A stretch of DNA of 64,000 nt from Verrucomicrobiales bacterium (GTDB lineage: Bacteria > Verrucomicrobiota > Verrucomicrobiia > Limisphaerales > UBA9464). Made by a program: the position numbers and the translations under genes. The stretch spans positions 11,174 to 75,173 of the forward strand of contig JAIXXC010000180.1 in assembly GCA_027490985.1 (NCBI GenBank), given 5' to 3'. The notes under the pieces were generated by a model that was not told the DNA's origin, ran no database searches, and was given only the letters and a program-made list of their open reading frames with translations. This document shows, piece after piece, positions 9,232 through 19,600 of this stretch. Each line of letters begins with the position of its first letter. The stretch's first letter is position 1.

Positions 9232-10491
9232 ATGTCGAATGCTTGGTCTGAACGCCGCGTGGTCGTGACCGGTCTGGGTTGCGCGTCCCCGCTGGGCCTG
9301 GATGCCGATACCGTCTGGAAGAACATCCTCGCCGGACACTGCGGTGTGGGTCGGGTGGGCGCCTTCGACATCTCGGCCTACGACTGTCAGATCGCGGCCG
9401 AGGTCCGCGGCTTCGATCCGGTGCCGGCGTTTCCCAGTCCCAAAGAAGTGCGTCGCACCGACCGGTTCACCCACTTCGGCGTGTATGCCGGCTGGGGCGC
9501 CTTGAAGGATTCGGGCCTGGATCTGGAGGCCGAGAACCGCGACGACATCGGCGTGTACATCGGGTCGGGCATCGGCGGACTGCACACCACCGAGGAACAA
9601 CACAAGATCCTCCTGGCCAAGGGGCCGGGGCGGGTGAGCCCGTTCATGATCCCGATGCTGATCCTGAACATGTCGTCGGGACTGTTCGCCCTCTACAACA
9701 ACCTCCGCGGTCCCAATTTCGCCACCTGTTCGGCCTGCGCGACCAGCAATCACGCCATCGGCGAGGCCTGGTGGGCCATCAAGCGCGGCGACGCCTCGGT
9801 GATGTTCGCCGGCGGCACCGAGGCCACCATCGTGCCGCTGGGCATGAGCGGCTTCGCGGCCATGAAGGCGATGTCCACGCGCAACGACGACCCTCAGCAC
9901 GCCAGTCGGCCCTTCGACCGCGATCGCGACGGGTTCGTGATGGGCGAAGGCGCGGCGGTGCTGGTGCTCGAGGAGTTGGAGCATGCCAAGAAGCGGGGCG
10001 CGCGCATCTACTGCGAGATCATGGGTTACGGCAACACCTGCGACGCCAACCACATGACGTCTCCGGACCCCGAGGGCGCGGGTGCGGCGCGGGCCATCCA
10101 GATGGGGCTCAAGCATGCCGGCATGCGTCCCGAAGAGATCGACTACGTCAACGCCCACGCCACGAGCACGCCGGTGGGCGATGTCTGCGAGACCCAGGCC
10201 ATCAAGCGTGTCTTCGGCGATCATGCCCGGAAGTTGGCGATCAGTTCCACCAAGGGTGCGACCGGTCACATGCTGGGTGCGGCCGGCGGTATCGAATCGC
10301 TCTTGTGCTGCAAGGCGCTCGAGGCCCAGATCGCTCCCCCGACCATCAATCTGGAAAACCCGGATCCGGCCTGCGACCTGGACTACGTGCCGCACACCCC
10401 GCGTCCGATGAAGATCGACGCGTTCCTGAACAACTCGTTCGGATTCGGTGGGCACAACGCGATCGTCATCGGCAAGCGGTTCGTGGGCTGA
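9232..10491 (+). CDS. fabF: 3-oxoacyl-[ACP] synthase II
   Basis: 419 aa. 'RRVVVTGLG', active-site Cys in 'FATCSACATSNHAIG', 'NAHATSTPVGD', C-terminal 'NSFGFGGHNA'. Confidence 0.95.
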   Translation: MSNAWSERRVVVTGLGCASPLGLDADTVWKNILAGHCGVGRVGAFDISAYDCQIAAEVRGFDPVPAFPSPKEVRRTDRFTHFGVYAGWGALKDSGLDLEAENRDDIGVYIGSGIGGLHTTEEQHKILLAKGPGRVSPFMIPMLILNMSSGLFALYNNLRGPNFATCSACATSNHAIGEAWWAIKRGDASVMFAGGTEATIVPLGMSGFAAMKAMSTRNDDPQHASRPFDRDRDGFVMGEGAAVLVLEELEHAKKRGARIYCEIMGYGNTCDANHMTSPDPEGAGAARAIQMGLKHAGMRPEEIDYVNAHATSTPVGDVCETQAIKRVFGDHARKLAISSTKGATGHMLGAAGGIESLLCCKALEAQIAPPTINLENPDPACDLDYVPHTPRPMKIDAFLNNSFGFGGHNAIVIGKRFVG

Positions 10492-10704
10492 CCCGCGGCT
10501 GCTTCTCGGGTATTCCTCGATCGAGTGTCGCCCGCTCTGATCGCCCACCGGTCCAGGCCGATCGGTTGGGAGGGCCCGAGATGACTGACGCCCCTGTCCT
10601 GAGGCGGATTCCCTGACACGGGTCACGATCCTGATGCGGTGGGTCGGGAGGGCTTTCCCTCTCCGCGCTTTCACCGTGGATCCGATCGGGGCAGGATTGC
10701 CGGC

Positions 10705-13413
10705 ATGATTCCTCGATTGGGTTGGATGCTGGGCCTCTTGCTGGCCTTGAACGGGCTTCGCGCTGCCGAGGCGCCTCCCCTGAATGTGGTGTTGATGGTG
10801 GCCGACGATCTCGGGGCACACGATCTGGCTTCGAGTGGCAGCCGGTTCCACGAGACCCCGAATCTCGATCGCTTGGCCCTTGAGGGAGTGCGCTTCTCCC
10901 AAGCGTATTCGGCCTGCACGGTCTGTTCTCCGACCCGGGCCGCCTTGATGACCGGCAAGTATCCGGCCCGACTCAAGATCACCGATTGGATCGCCGGTCA
11001 CGACGCTCCCGAGGCGAAACTGCACCCCCCGGCCGACTGGGTGAAAGCGCTGCCCTTGTCGGAGCAGACCCTGGCCGAACGGGCCAAATCGTCGGGGCGG
11101 ATCACCGCCCACATCGGCAAATGGCACCTGGGGGGTGAGGGGTTCGGGCCGCTCCAGCAGGGGTTCGATCTGAATCTCGGCGGTGATCATCGCGGTCAAC
11201 CGCCCTCCTATTTCGCCCCCTATGGGTTGCCGCAGTTGCCCGACGGGCCCCGGGGTGAATACCTCACCGACCGGGAGGGAGCCGAGGCGGCCGCGTTCAT
11301 CCGTGGGCATCGCGATCGCCCCTTCTTCCTGCAGGTGGCCTTCCATGCGGTGCACACGCCCCTGCAGGCCCAGGCCGAGCTGTTGGAAAAATACCGCCGC
11401 AAGGCCGCGGCCGTCGGCGGGGTCCAGACCAACGCCGTCTACGCCGCGATGCTGGAGAGCCTCGATTCGGCCGTGGGCCAGGTGCTCCGGGCTCTCGATG
11501 ATGCCGGCCTCGCCGATCGCACCGTGGTGGTCTTCACCTCCGACAATGGCGGACTGGTGATGGGCAAGACCCCTCCGACCTCGAACGCGCCGCTGCGCTC
11601 GGGCAAGGGATCCCCCTACGAGGGCGGGATCCGCGTTCCGTTGCTGGTCCGGTGGCCCGGAGTCGCCGTGCCCCAGGGTCTTGTCGCGCACCCGGTGATC
11701 TCCATGGATGTCGCCGCCACGGTCGCGGCCGCGTTGTCGGGAACGGCCGCCGAGACGTTGGAGGACGGGTTCAATCTGGTGCCCCTCCTGAAGACCCCCT
11801 CCGCCCGATTGAGCCGCGAGGTGATCGGTTGGCATTATCCGCATTACCACCCGGGGGGAGCCACGCCCTATTCGGCGATCCGTGCCGGCGACTGGAAGCT
11901 CATCCAGTATTACGAGGACGGTCGGCACGAATTGTTCGACCTGGCGCAGGATCCAGGGGAGTCCCGCAACCTGGCCTCGGAACAACCGCTGCAGGTGATG
12001 GCGTTGGCCCGGCGTCTGGCCGACTGGCAGGGCCGGGTGGGGGCTCAATGGCCCATGGCCAACCCGGATCATCGGCCTCGTCCGTTGTCGGCTTCCACCA
12101 ACGGGGTCGTACTGCTGCATTCGCGCTCCGCGTCCGTGCACGGCACGGTGCTGCGGTACGAACCGATGCCGTTCAAGGACACCCTGGGCTGGTGGGCGCG
12201 CGCGGAGGATTGGGTCGACTGGACCTTCGAGATCTCCCAGGCGGGACCGTTCGAGGTGGAGCTCATGCAAGGGTGTGGCCGGGGCTCCGCAGGTAACCAG
12301 ATCGAGTTGCAGGTCGCCGATCAGGTCATTCCGTGGACGGTCGAGGAGACGGGCCATTTCCAGAATTTCGTGGTCCGGCATCTGGGGCGCGTCTCGTTGA
12401 AAGCGGGTCGGCACACGCTGGCGATCCGGCCCGTCCGCAAGATCGGGGGCGCTGTGATGGATCTGCGGCAGATCCGACTGGTGCCCGCCCGGGGTGAAAC
12501 CCTGCCCACCGAGGCGGCCCGGCTGGTTCGCGCCGCATCACGGATCGTGGTGCTGGGAGACAGCATCACCTACGCCGGTGAGTGGGTCGAATTCCTGGAG
12601 GCGGGGATCCGCCAACTGCAGCCCGACCACCGGCCGCAGATTTTGAACCTGGGGCTTCCGAGCGAGACGGCCTCCGGGTTGTCCGAGGAAGGGCATGCCG
12701 GTGGCGCCTTCCCGCGTCCGGAGGTGCAGGAGCGACTGGGGCGGGTGCTGGAGCGCCTGAAGCCCGATCTCATCTTCGCCTGCTACGGAATGAATGACGG
12801 GATCTACTTCCCGCTGGAGGAGTCGCGCTTTTCGAAGTTCCGCGACGGCATCCGCCGCCTGCACGAAACCGCCGCCCATGAAGGCATCCGGGTCATCCAC
12901 CTCACGCCGCCCGTGTTCGACCCGCAACCGCTGCAGGGGCGCACCCTTCCGGCGGGCCTGAAAGCCTATCCCCAACCGTTCGAAGGCTACGACGCGGTGT
13001 TGGATGCCTATTCCCAGTGGTTGGTCGAACAGCGCGCCCAAGGGTGGCTGGTGGGGGATGTGCACGGCCCCATGCGTCGGTTCCTGGATCAGGAGCGCCG
13101 CCGGGATCCCGCATTCACCCTTTCGGGCGACGGAGTCCATGCCAACCGCCAAGGACACTGGCTGATGGCCCGCGAGGCTTTGCGTCTGCTGGGCGCGTCG
13201 GAGTCGTGGATCGCATCGACTTCGCCGGAGGAACTGCTGCGAACTGCGGGATTGACCGGGGATCGGTGGGCTTCGATCCAGCGACGCCAGCGGTTGCTCA
13301 GGGATGCCGCCTTGAGCCACACCGGCCACCGAAGGCCGGGGATGGCCGCGGGCAAGCCGTGGGAACAGGCCGAATCCGAGGCCCGCATTCTCGCGCAACC
13401 GCTGGATCGATGA
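10705..13413 (+). CDS. Secreted tri-domain fusion: Cys-type sulfatase + CBM6/35-like beta-sandwich + SGNH/GDSL hydrolase
   Basis: ATG 10705 with signal peptide 'MIPRLGWMLGLLLALNGLRAAEA'. Sulfatase domain about 10777-12048, with the formylglycine motif 'CSPTRAALMTGKYP' (Cys codon 10924-10926). Middle domain about 12091-12486 ('WVDWTFEISQAGPFEVEL...LKAGRHTLAIRP'). SGNH domain about 12538-13220 ('IVVLGDSITYAG', 'YGMNDG', 'GDGVHAN'). Confidence 0.9.
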   Translation: MIPRLGWMLGLLLALNGLRAAEAPPLNVVLMVADDLGAHDLASSGSRFHETPNLDRLALEGVRFSQAYSACTVCSPTRAALMTGKYPARLKITDWIAGHDAPEAKLHPPADWVKALPLSEQTLAERAKSSGRITAHIGKWHLGGEGFGPLQQGFDLNLGGDHRGQPPSYFAPYGLPQLPDGPRGEYLTDREGAEAAAFIRGHRDRPFFLQVAFHAVHTPLQAQAELLEKYRRKAAAVGGVQTNAVYAAMLESLDSAVGQVLRALDDAGLADRTVVVFTSDNGGLVMGKTPPTSNAPLRSGKGSPYEGGIRVPLLVRWPGVAVPQGLVAHPVISMDVAATVAAALSGTAAETLEDGFNLVPLLKTPSARLSREVIGWHYPHYHPGGATPYSAIRAGDWKLIQYYEDGRHELFDLAQDPGESRNLASEQPLQVMALARRLADWQGRVGAQWPMANPDHRPRPLSASTNGVVLLHSRSASVHGTVLRYEPMPFKDTLGWWARAEDWVDWTFEISQAGPFEVELMQGCGRGSAGNQIELQVADQVIPWTVEETGHFQNFVVRHLGRVSLKAGRHTLAIRPVRKIGGAVMDLRQIRLVPARGETLPTEAARLVRAASRIVVLGDSITYAGEWVEFLEAGIRQLQPDHRPQILNLGLPSETASGLSEEGHAGGAFPRPEVQERLGRVLERLKPDLIFACYGMNDGIYFPLEESRFSKFRDGIRRLHETAAHEGIRVIHLTPPVFDPQPLQGRTLPAGLKAYPQPFEGYDAVLDAYSQWLVEQRAQGWLVGDVHGPMRRFLDQERRRDPAFTLSGDGVHANRQGHWLMAREALRLLGASESWIASTSPEELLRTAGLTGDRWASIQRRQRLLRDAALSHTGHRRPGMAAGKPWEQAESEARILAQPLDR

Positions 13414-13464
13414 GCGTTGGAAAATGCATCTGCGGGACCTGTTCAAAAAAGTTCAAGACCCTGC

Positions 13465-13493
13465 TTGACCCGATTCGAGACTTTGAGCATAAC
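13465..13493 (+). promoter_or_regulatory. Candidate sigma70-type promoter for the PEP-CTERM gene
   Basis: 'TTGACC' (13465-13470), a 17-nt spacer, then 'CATAAC' (13488-13493). It lies in a locally AT-richer 144-bp gap about 65 nt upstream of ATG 13558. The -10 match is weak. Confidence 0.25.
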
Positions 13494-13557
13494 ACTTTCA
13501 AAAGGACGGGTCACAAAGAGGGCTCTCCTCCGTCATAACATCAACCATTATTTGACC

Positions 13558-14265
13558 ATGATTCAGCGTTCGATTCTTGCTGCTGCTGCAGCTCTCGCCC
13601 TCGCAACGTCGTCGGCGTTCGCCGGAACCATCTTCTCCACCACCGGAGCCGGGACCGAGTTCTACGGCGTCGGCACCAGCATCTCCAACGGCCACCGCGG
13701 CTACGAGTACGGTGATCAGATCACCCTGCCGTCCGAAGGCTACTCCTTCACCGGGTTGACCTTCGACTACTACTCCGCCTCGCTGGGTGGCTCCATGAAC
13801 CTGAACATCTACGCCAACGACGGCGCGGTGATCAGCGGCGCGGCCTCCCCGGGCACCAAGCTCCTGTCGATCCCGAACATCGGCATCTCCTCGGGCGTCA
13901 ACACCGCCACTTTCGACTACAGCCAGTACGTCGCCCAGTACGGTCAGCTCAAGCTGCCGAAGAACTTCACGGTCACCGTGAGCTTCTCGGGCGCCACCTC
14001 GGCCGCCGACAAGGGTTTGCTCATCGGTGGAGCCGCTTCGACCTCGGGTCGGCCCCACCTCAATGTGGGTACCTCCAGTGACGACTTCTGGCAGAAGACG
14101 GGTCCTGGCGGCAGCGATTGGGCTCTCCGCAAGCTCGACAATGCTCAGGCTGACAATTTCAAGCTGACCGTGACCGCCAATGTTCCTGAGCCCACCACGG
14201 TGGCTCTGGGTGTGGTCGGTGCGGCGTTCGTGGGCGCTGCCGCCCTCCGCCGAAACCGCCGCTAA
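13558..14265 (+). CDS. PEP-CTERM-anchored secreted protein
   Basis: ATG 13558. Signal peptide 'MIQRSILAAAAALALATSSAFA'. C-terminal sorting signal 'VPEPTTVALGVVGAAFVGAAALRRNRR' (PEP motif + TM helix + basic tail). 235 aa. Confidence 0.9.
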   Translation: MIQRSILAAAAALALATSSAFAGTIFSTTGAGTEFYGVGTSISNGHRGYEYGDQITLPSEGYSFTGLTFDYYSASLGGSMNLNIYANDGAVISGAASPGTKLLSIPNIGISSGVNTATFDYSQYVAQYGQLKLPKNFTVTVSFSGATSAADKGLLIGGAASTSGRPHLNVGTSSDDFWQKTGPGGSDWALRKLDNAQADNFKLTVTANVPEPTTVALGVVGAAFVGAAALRRNRR

Positions 14266-14290
14266 TCGGTTGTTTCCAGTCACTCTTTTC

Positions 14291-14320
14291 AAGGCGCGAT
14301 GGTTTCCATCGCGCCTTTTT
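14291..14320 (+). terminator. Rho-independent terminator after the PEP-CTERM gene
   Basis: Perfect 12-bp stem 'AAGGCGCGATGG'/'CCATCGCGCCTT', 3-nt loop 'TTT', then a T-run. Confidence 0.85.
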
Positions 14321-14448
14321 CGTATTCCACGGGCCTCGTCGTACCGCGGATGCAGCTCCGGACACCGTGGCGGCGCGAGTGGCCGAGGGTTTGGTGAGCC
14401 CTGCCAGAAGGATTGGACAGGCGGCTTGCTGTGGACTTTGATCTGGGG

Positions 14449-16566
14449 ATGCGCTGGATCTGGTGGGTGTTGTCGTTGTGCTGGATGGCCGGGCTGACGG
14501 AGTTGCGGGCCGAATCCGCCACACAGGTCGAGTTGTGGACCGATCAATCGACGGTCCGTCCGGGCTCCACGGTGACGGCCGCCGTTCGCCTTCGGATGGC
14601 AGAGGGGTGGCACATCTATTGGCGTCACCCCGGAGACGAGGTCGGGCTCAAAACGCGAGTCGACTGGACCCTGCCTTCGGGCGTCACCGCGGGGGCGATC
14701 CAATGGCCGGCCCCGGAGAAGACCACCGAGAAGGAATTCGATACCCTGACCTACTCCGGCACGGTGGTCCTGTTGGTGCCGATCGCGATTCCCGCCAGCC
14801 ATCCCCCGGGGCCGCTCGCGCTCAAGGCCAAGGTCCGTTGGCTGGAATGCCATGAGGAATGTGTTCCCGGATCCGCCACGGTCGAAACCTTGGTGACGGT
14901 CGGAGATGCGACCCAGACTTCCCCCCAAGCCGCCGCCATCCAGGAGGCGCTTCAGCGGGTGCCACCCCGGGTGCAGGATCTGGCGCTGACGGCGGTCTGG
15001 GAGAGCCCCGAGGGGACTGCGCCTCGGAAGTTGGTGGTCTCCTGGAAACCCGTGCCCGGGGTGTCGGGGTTCGATGTGTATCCGTTCGAGGCGGTGGGCG
15101 GAGGGGCGCCGGTGTCCATCAAGACCGAAGCATTGGAGCCGCAGCAGGGTCTGCTGCGCCTCCGCAAGACGGTGGTCGCCGGAGAGTCGGGATGGCCCGA
15201 CCGACTGGAAGGACTTTGGGTTCCCAAAGGAGCCACCCCGGCGGCCAAGCCGGTGGAATTCAGCGTGCCCATCGGGTCTGCGGTGGCCGCGCCCGCAGCG
15301 GTGGCCTCCGAGCCGGTTTCTCTGGCCGAATTGCTCCTCAAGCTGCTGTCGGCGTTCGTGGGGGGGCTCATCCTCAACGTGATGCCCTGTGTGCTGCCGG
15401 TCTTGGCGCTCAAGGTGTTGGGGTTTGTCCAGCAGGCCAAGGAGGAGCCCCGGCGGGTCCGCACCTTGGGCCTGGTTTATGGAGCCGGGGTGCTGGCGTC
15501 GTTCCTGGTCTTGGCCGGGGTGGCCTTGGCCGTGCAGGCCGCCGGAGGCACCGCCAGTTGGAGTGCGCCGTTCCAGAACCCGGTGTTCCGAGTCCTGATC
15601 ACCGTGCTGATCACCCTGGTGGCCCTGAACCTGTTCGGCGTGTTCGAACTGACGTTGGGCGGTTCGGCCATGCAGAAGGCCTCGGACCTGTCGTCGAAAG
15701 ACGGGTGGAGCGGGGCCTTTTTCAATGGGGTGCTGGCGGCCGTTCTGGCGACGCCGTGCACGGCCCCGTTCCTGGCCTCGGCGCTGGCGTTCGCCTTCCT
15801 TCAACCGCCCCTGGTGATCCTGCTGTTCTTCGTCGCCATCGGAGCGGGTCTGGCGATGCCATTCGTGCTGCTGTGCTGGGAGCCGGCCTGGCTGAGGTTC
15901 CTGCCGAGGCCCGGTGTCTGGATGGTGCGCTTCAAGGTGGCCATGGGCTTCCCCATGCTGGCCACGGCCATGTGGTTGTTCTGGTTCACCGCAAGCCGCC
16001 TGGGAGAGGCGGGCAGCGGAGTGCTGTGGTTCGGGTTGTTCCTGGTGGTGCTGGCCACCGCGGCCTGGGTCTGGGGCGAGTTCGTGCAGCGATCGACCCG
16101 TGGACGGGGTTGGGCCATGGCCGTCGCGCTTCTGTTGGTGGTGGCCGGATACGCCGGATTCCTGGAGCGGCAACTCGATTGGCGAACGCCGGCGGGCCGT
16201 CGCGCCAAGGGGTTGGACTGGCAGAAATGGAGCCCGGCCGCCGTGGAGCAGGCGCGTCGTGAGGGACACCCGGTGCTGGTGGATTTCACCGCCGACAGTT
16301 GTCTGAACTGCAAGTGGAACAAGGCCACCGCGATCGAGATCGACGCCACGCGGGCGCGCCTCAAGGAGTTGGGAGTCCGGGTCTTCGAGGGTGATTTCAC
16401 CGATGGCGACCCGCTGATCGCCGACGAACTCAAGAAGCATGGCCGACGCGGGGTGCCGTTGGTGTTGGTGTATGCGCCCGATCCGGCCAAGGCTCCCGAG
16501 GTCCTGCCGGTGGTCCTCACGCCCCGCCTCGTCGATGAGGCGTTGCAGCGGGCTGCCCGGCGCTGA
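14449..16566 (+). CDS. dsbD: Thiol:disulfide interchange protein DsbD-like (N-terminal domain + CcdA-type membrane core + thioredoxin)
   Basis: ATG 14449 ('MRWIWWVLSL'). DsbD-N-like domain with 'WLECHEECVPG'. Membrane core with 'NVMPCVLPVLALK' and 'ATPCTAPFL'. C-terminal thioredoxin 'DFTADSCLNCKWN'. Confidence 0.88.
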   Translation: MRWIWWVLSLCWMAGLTELRAESATQVELWTDQSTVRPGSTVTAAVRLRMAEGWHIYWRHPGDEVGLKTRVDWTLPSGVTAGAIQWPAPEKTTEKEFDTLTYSGTVVLLVPIAIPASHPPGPLALKAKVRWLECHEECVPGSATVETLVTVGDATQTSPQAAAIQEALQRVPPRVQDLALTAVWESPEGTAPRKLVVSWKPVPGVSGFDVYPFEAVGGGAPVSIKTEALEPQQGLLRLRKTVVAGESGWPDRLEGLWVPKGATPAAKPVEFSVPIGSAVAAPAAVASEPVSLAELLLKLLSAFVGGLILNVMPCVLPVLALKVLGFVQQAKEEPRRVRTLGLVYGAGVLASFLVLAGVALAVQAAGGTASWSAPFQNPVFRVLITVLITLVALNLFGVFELTLGGSAMQKASDLSSKDGWSGAFFNGVLAAVLATPCTAPFLASALAFAFLQPPLVILLFFVAIGAGLAMPFVLLCWEPAWLRFLPRPGVWMVRFKVAMGFPMLATAMWLFWFTASRLGEAGSGVLWFGLFLVVLATAAWVWGEFVQRSTRGRGWAMAVALLLVVAGYAGFLERQLDWRTPAGRRAKGLDWQKWSPAAVEQARREGHPVLVDFTADSCLNCKWNKATAIEIDATRARLKELGVRVFEGDFTDGDPLIADELKKHGRRGVPLVLVYAPDPAKAPEVLPVVLTPRLVDEALQRAARR

Positions 16567-16643
16567 GGTGCCGAATTGCGGACTGGGTTTGTGGTCGCCG
16601 CACGGTCATCCTCGGGCGCGTGAACACTCCGGGACGGGATTCC

Positions 16644-19600
16644 ATGTGCTGGGCGTCGATCGCTCTGTTGGCCGTGTGGAGTTGCACTGCGGCCGAGCCC
16701 TCGGCTCCGCCCCGGACCCGGGTGACCTACTCGGAGGCCTATGGGAAGGCCGACAAGGCCACGGCGGTGGCGGCCGGTGAACTGGTGCGCGTTGCTCCGG
16801 TTCCTCCGGACCGCGCGGCGCAGACGTTTCAGATCCGCAAGGGTTTCCGGATCGAACTGGCGGCCAGCGAGCCGCAGGTGGTCAGCCCGGTCACGATGGC
16901 CTTCGATGAAGACGGCCGCGCCTTCGTCGCCGAGATGATCGACTACTCCGAGCGGCGGGACGAAACGCCGCATGCCGGACGGATTCGGATGCTGGAGGAC
17001 CTCGATGGCGACGGCCGCTTCGACCGCTCGACGGTGTTCGCCGACAATTTGCCATGGCCCACGGCGTTGATCTGTTCGCGGGGCGGGGTGTATGTCGGCG
17101 CCTCGCCGGACCTCCTTTGGCTCAAGGACACCAACGGCGATGGCCGGGCCGATGAGCGGCGGGTGGTCGTGAGCGGCTTCGGCAGCGGGGTGGCCCGGCT
17201 CAACGTCCAGGCCCTGTTGAATTCCTTCAACTGGGGGCTGGATCACCGCCTTTACGGTGCGACCGGCCCGAATGGTGGGCAGCGCGTGGTCGAGGCGGGT
17301 TCGGAGGGTCCGGGGTTGGGCGGTCCGGGGTTGGATTTGCGGGGGCTGGATTTCAGCCTCGACCCTCTGAGCGGGACCCTGCGGCCGGAGACCGGGGGCG
17401 GTCAGTATGGGCTCTCCTTCGACTCGGTGGGGCGCCGGTTCGTGTGCAGCAACAGCGATCATCTGCAATGGATGGCCTTCGACCGGGTGCACGCCACACG
17501 CAATCCCCGGATCGCCCTGCCTTCGGCCCGGGTGAGCATCGCCGCCGACGGACCCGCGGCCGAGGTGTTCCGGATCAGTCCCGACGAGCCGTGGCGGATC
17601 GTCCGGACCCGGTGGCGCATCAGCGGTGTGGTGCCGGGAATGGTGGAGGGCGGTGGGCGGGTTTCCGGGTATTTCACCGGAGCGACCGGGGCGACGGTGT
17701 ATCGGGGCGACGCCTACGGTCCGGACTTCGCCGACAACGTGTTCATCGGGGATGCCGGAGGCAATCTGGTCCATCGCAAGGTGCTCCATCCCGAGGGGGC
17801 GGGTTGGGTGGCCCGGCGGGCCGCCGATGAGCAGGGCGTGGAGTTCCTGGCCTCGCGCGACACCTGGTTCCGCCCGGTGCACTTCCAGAACGGCCCCGAT
17901 GGATGCCTTTACATCGTGGACATGTACCGGGAGGTCATCGAACACCCGTGGTCCATCCCGGAGGCCATCAAGGCCCACTTGGATCTGAACAGCGGCCATG
18001 ATCGCGGCCGCATCTGGCGTGTGGTGCCCGAGGGATTCCGCCGCCCCCCGCAGCGACGTTGGAGTCGGGCGTCGATCGGCGAGTGCGTGGCCGCTCTTGA
18101 GAGCCCGAATGGATGGGTGCGCGAGACGGTTTCCCGGCTCCTCCATGAACGTCAGGATCCCTCCGCCGTGCCGGAATTGGAGCGGTTGCTCCGGCAATCC
18201 ACGGTGCCGTTGGCCCGAATGCATGCCTTGTATTCGCTGGAGGGGTTGAAGGCCTTGGATACCGTGCGTCACTTGCAACCCGCGTTGGTCGATCCGGACG
18301 AACGGGTGCGGCTGCATGCCGTGAGGTTGTCGGAACCGCGTTGGGGTGGCTCGGATCCGGCGATCCGGGGCCTTCAGAAACTCCTTCTGGCCTTGGACGA
18401 GGATCCCTCACCGCGGGTCCGATTGCAGGGGGCCTTCGCCTTGGGGGCCGGATCGGGCCCGGAGCGGAACCAGACCCTGGTCCGCATGGTGTTGCGCGAC
18501 GGCGAAGATTCGCTCGTCCAAGCGGCCGTCTTGAGTGGTCTGAACAGCGGGGCGGGAGAGGTGTTCCAAGCGCTGACCCGGATTCCGGGGTTCGCCCAGC
18601 GGCCTCGGAGCGGTGAGTTCCTGGAGTCGTTGGCGAGGCTGATGGGTTCCCAGGGAATTCGAGCCGAGGGCGAAGTCTTCCTGGATCAGATGGCCCGAAC
18701 CGAATGGTCCGAGCAGGCCCCGCGGCTGGTCCGTGCCTTTCTGGAGGCCTCGGTCCGCTCGGGTGACCCGAGCGGGACCTGGGCCTCGGACGAGCGTCTG
18801 CAACGGGTGTTCCGGGCGGCTCTCGTCCGGGCCGAGGATGAAGCGGTTCCAGAAACGCAGCGGGTTCGTGCGGTGGAATTGCTCGCGGCGGGGCGGTATG
18901 CCGAGGTGGTCGAGCCCTTGAGCCGACGGTTGGAAGCCGAGTCGGCTCCCCGGGTGCGGGCCGCGGCGATCCAGTCTTTGGGGCGGTTCCACGATCCCGG
19001 CGTGGCCCAGAGACTCCTCAACCCGTGGAAGAGGTACCGGGCCGACGATCGGGTGGCCGTCTTGGCTTTGCTGACTCAACGCGCCGAATGGGCCCGGACG
19101 CTGATGGCCGCCGTCGAACGGGGCGACGTCGCTCCGTCGGAGATTCCGGCCGCCACGGCCCGGGCCCTTCAGGGACACGCCAGTACCGCCGTGGCCGAGG
19201 CGGCGTTGCGATGGCTCCCCAAGGAGTCGTCCAGTGCCGATCAGGTGGCGGCTTTGCAGCCGGCTCTCGCATTGCCGGGTTCGGCCGCCCGAGGGAGCGG
19301 GATCTTCCTGGAACGCTGCGTCTCGTGTCATCGGGCCGGTTCCGACGGGCATGCGGTGGGGCCCGATCTGGTGACCGTGCGCACCAGCGGCAAGGCCAAG
19401 CTGCTCACCAGTCTGGTGCAACCCCATGCCGAGGTGGCGCCGCAGTACATCGCCTTCACCGTGGAGACGGTGGATGGCGAGACCTACTCGGCATTGATCG
19501 CCCGGGAGACTCCCACGCAGGTGACGTTGCGTCTCGGCGGGGGGCGGGAACTGGACTTGGAGCGACGAGCGGTGCGGTCCATGCGCAGTTCGGGTCAATC

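Noticed and set aside
9106-12414. 1102-aa - strand ORF across fabF and the sulfatase gene
   Set aside because: It is antisense to two well-supported genes and crosses their intergenic gap. The translation is R/G/P/H-rich. High-GC artefact.
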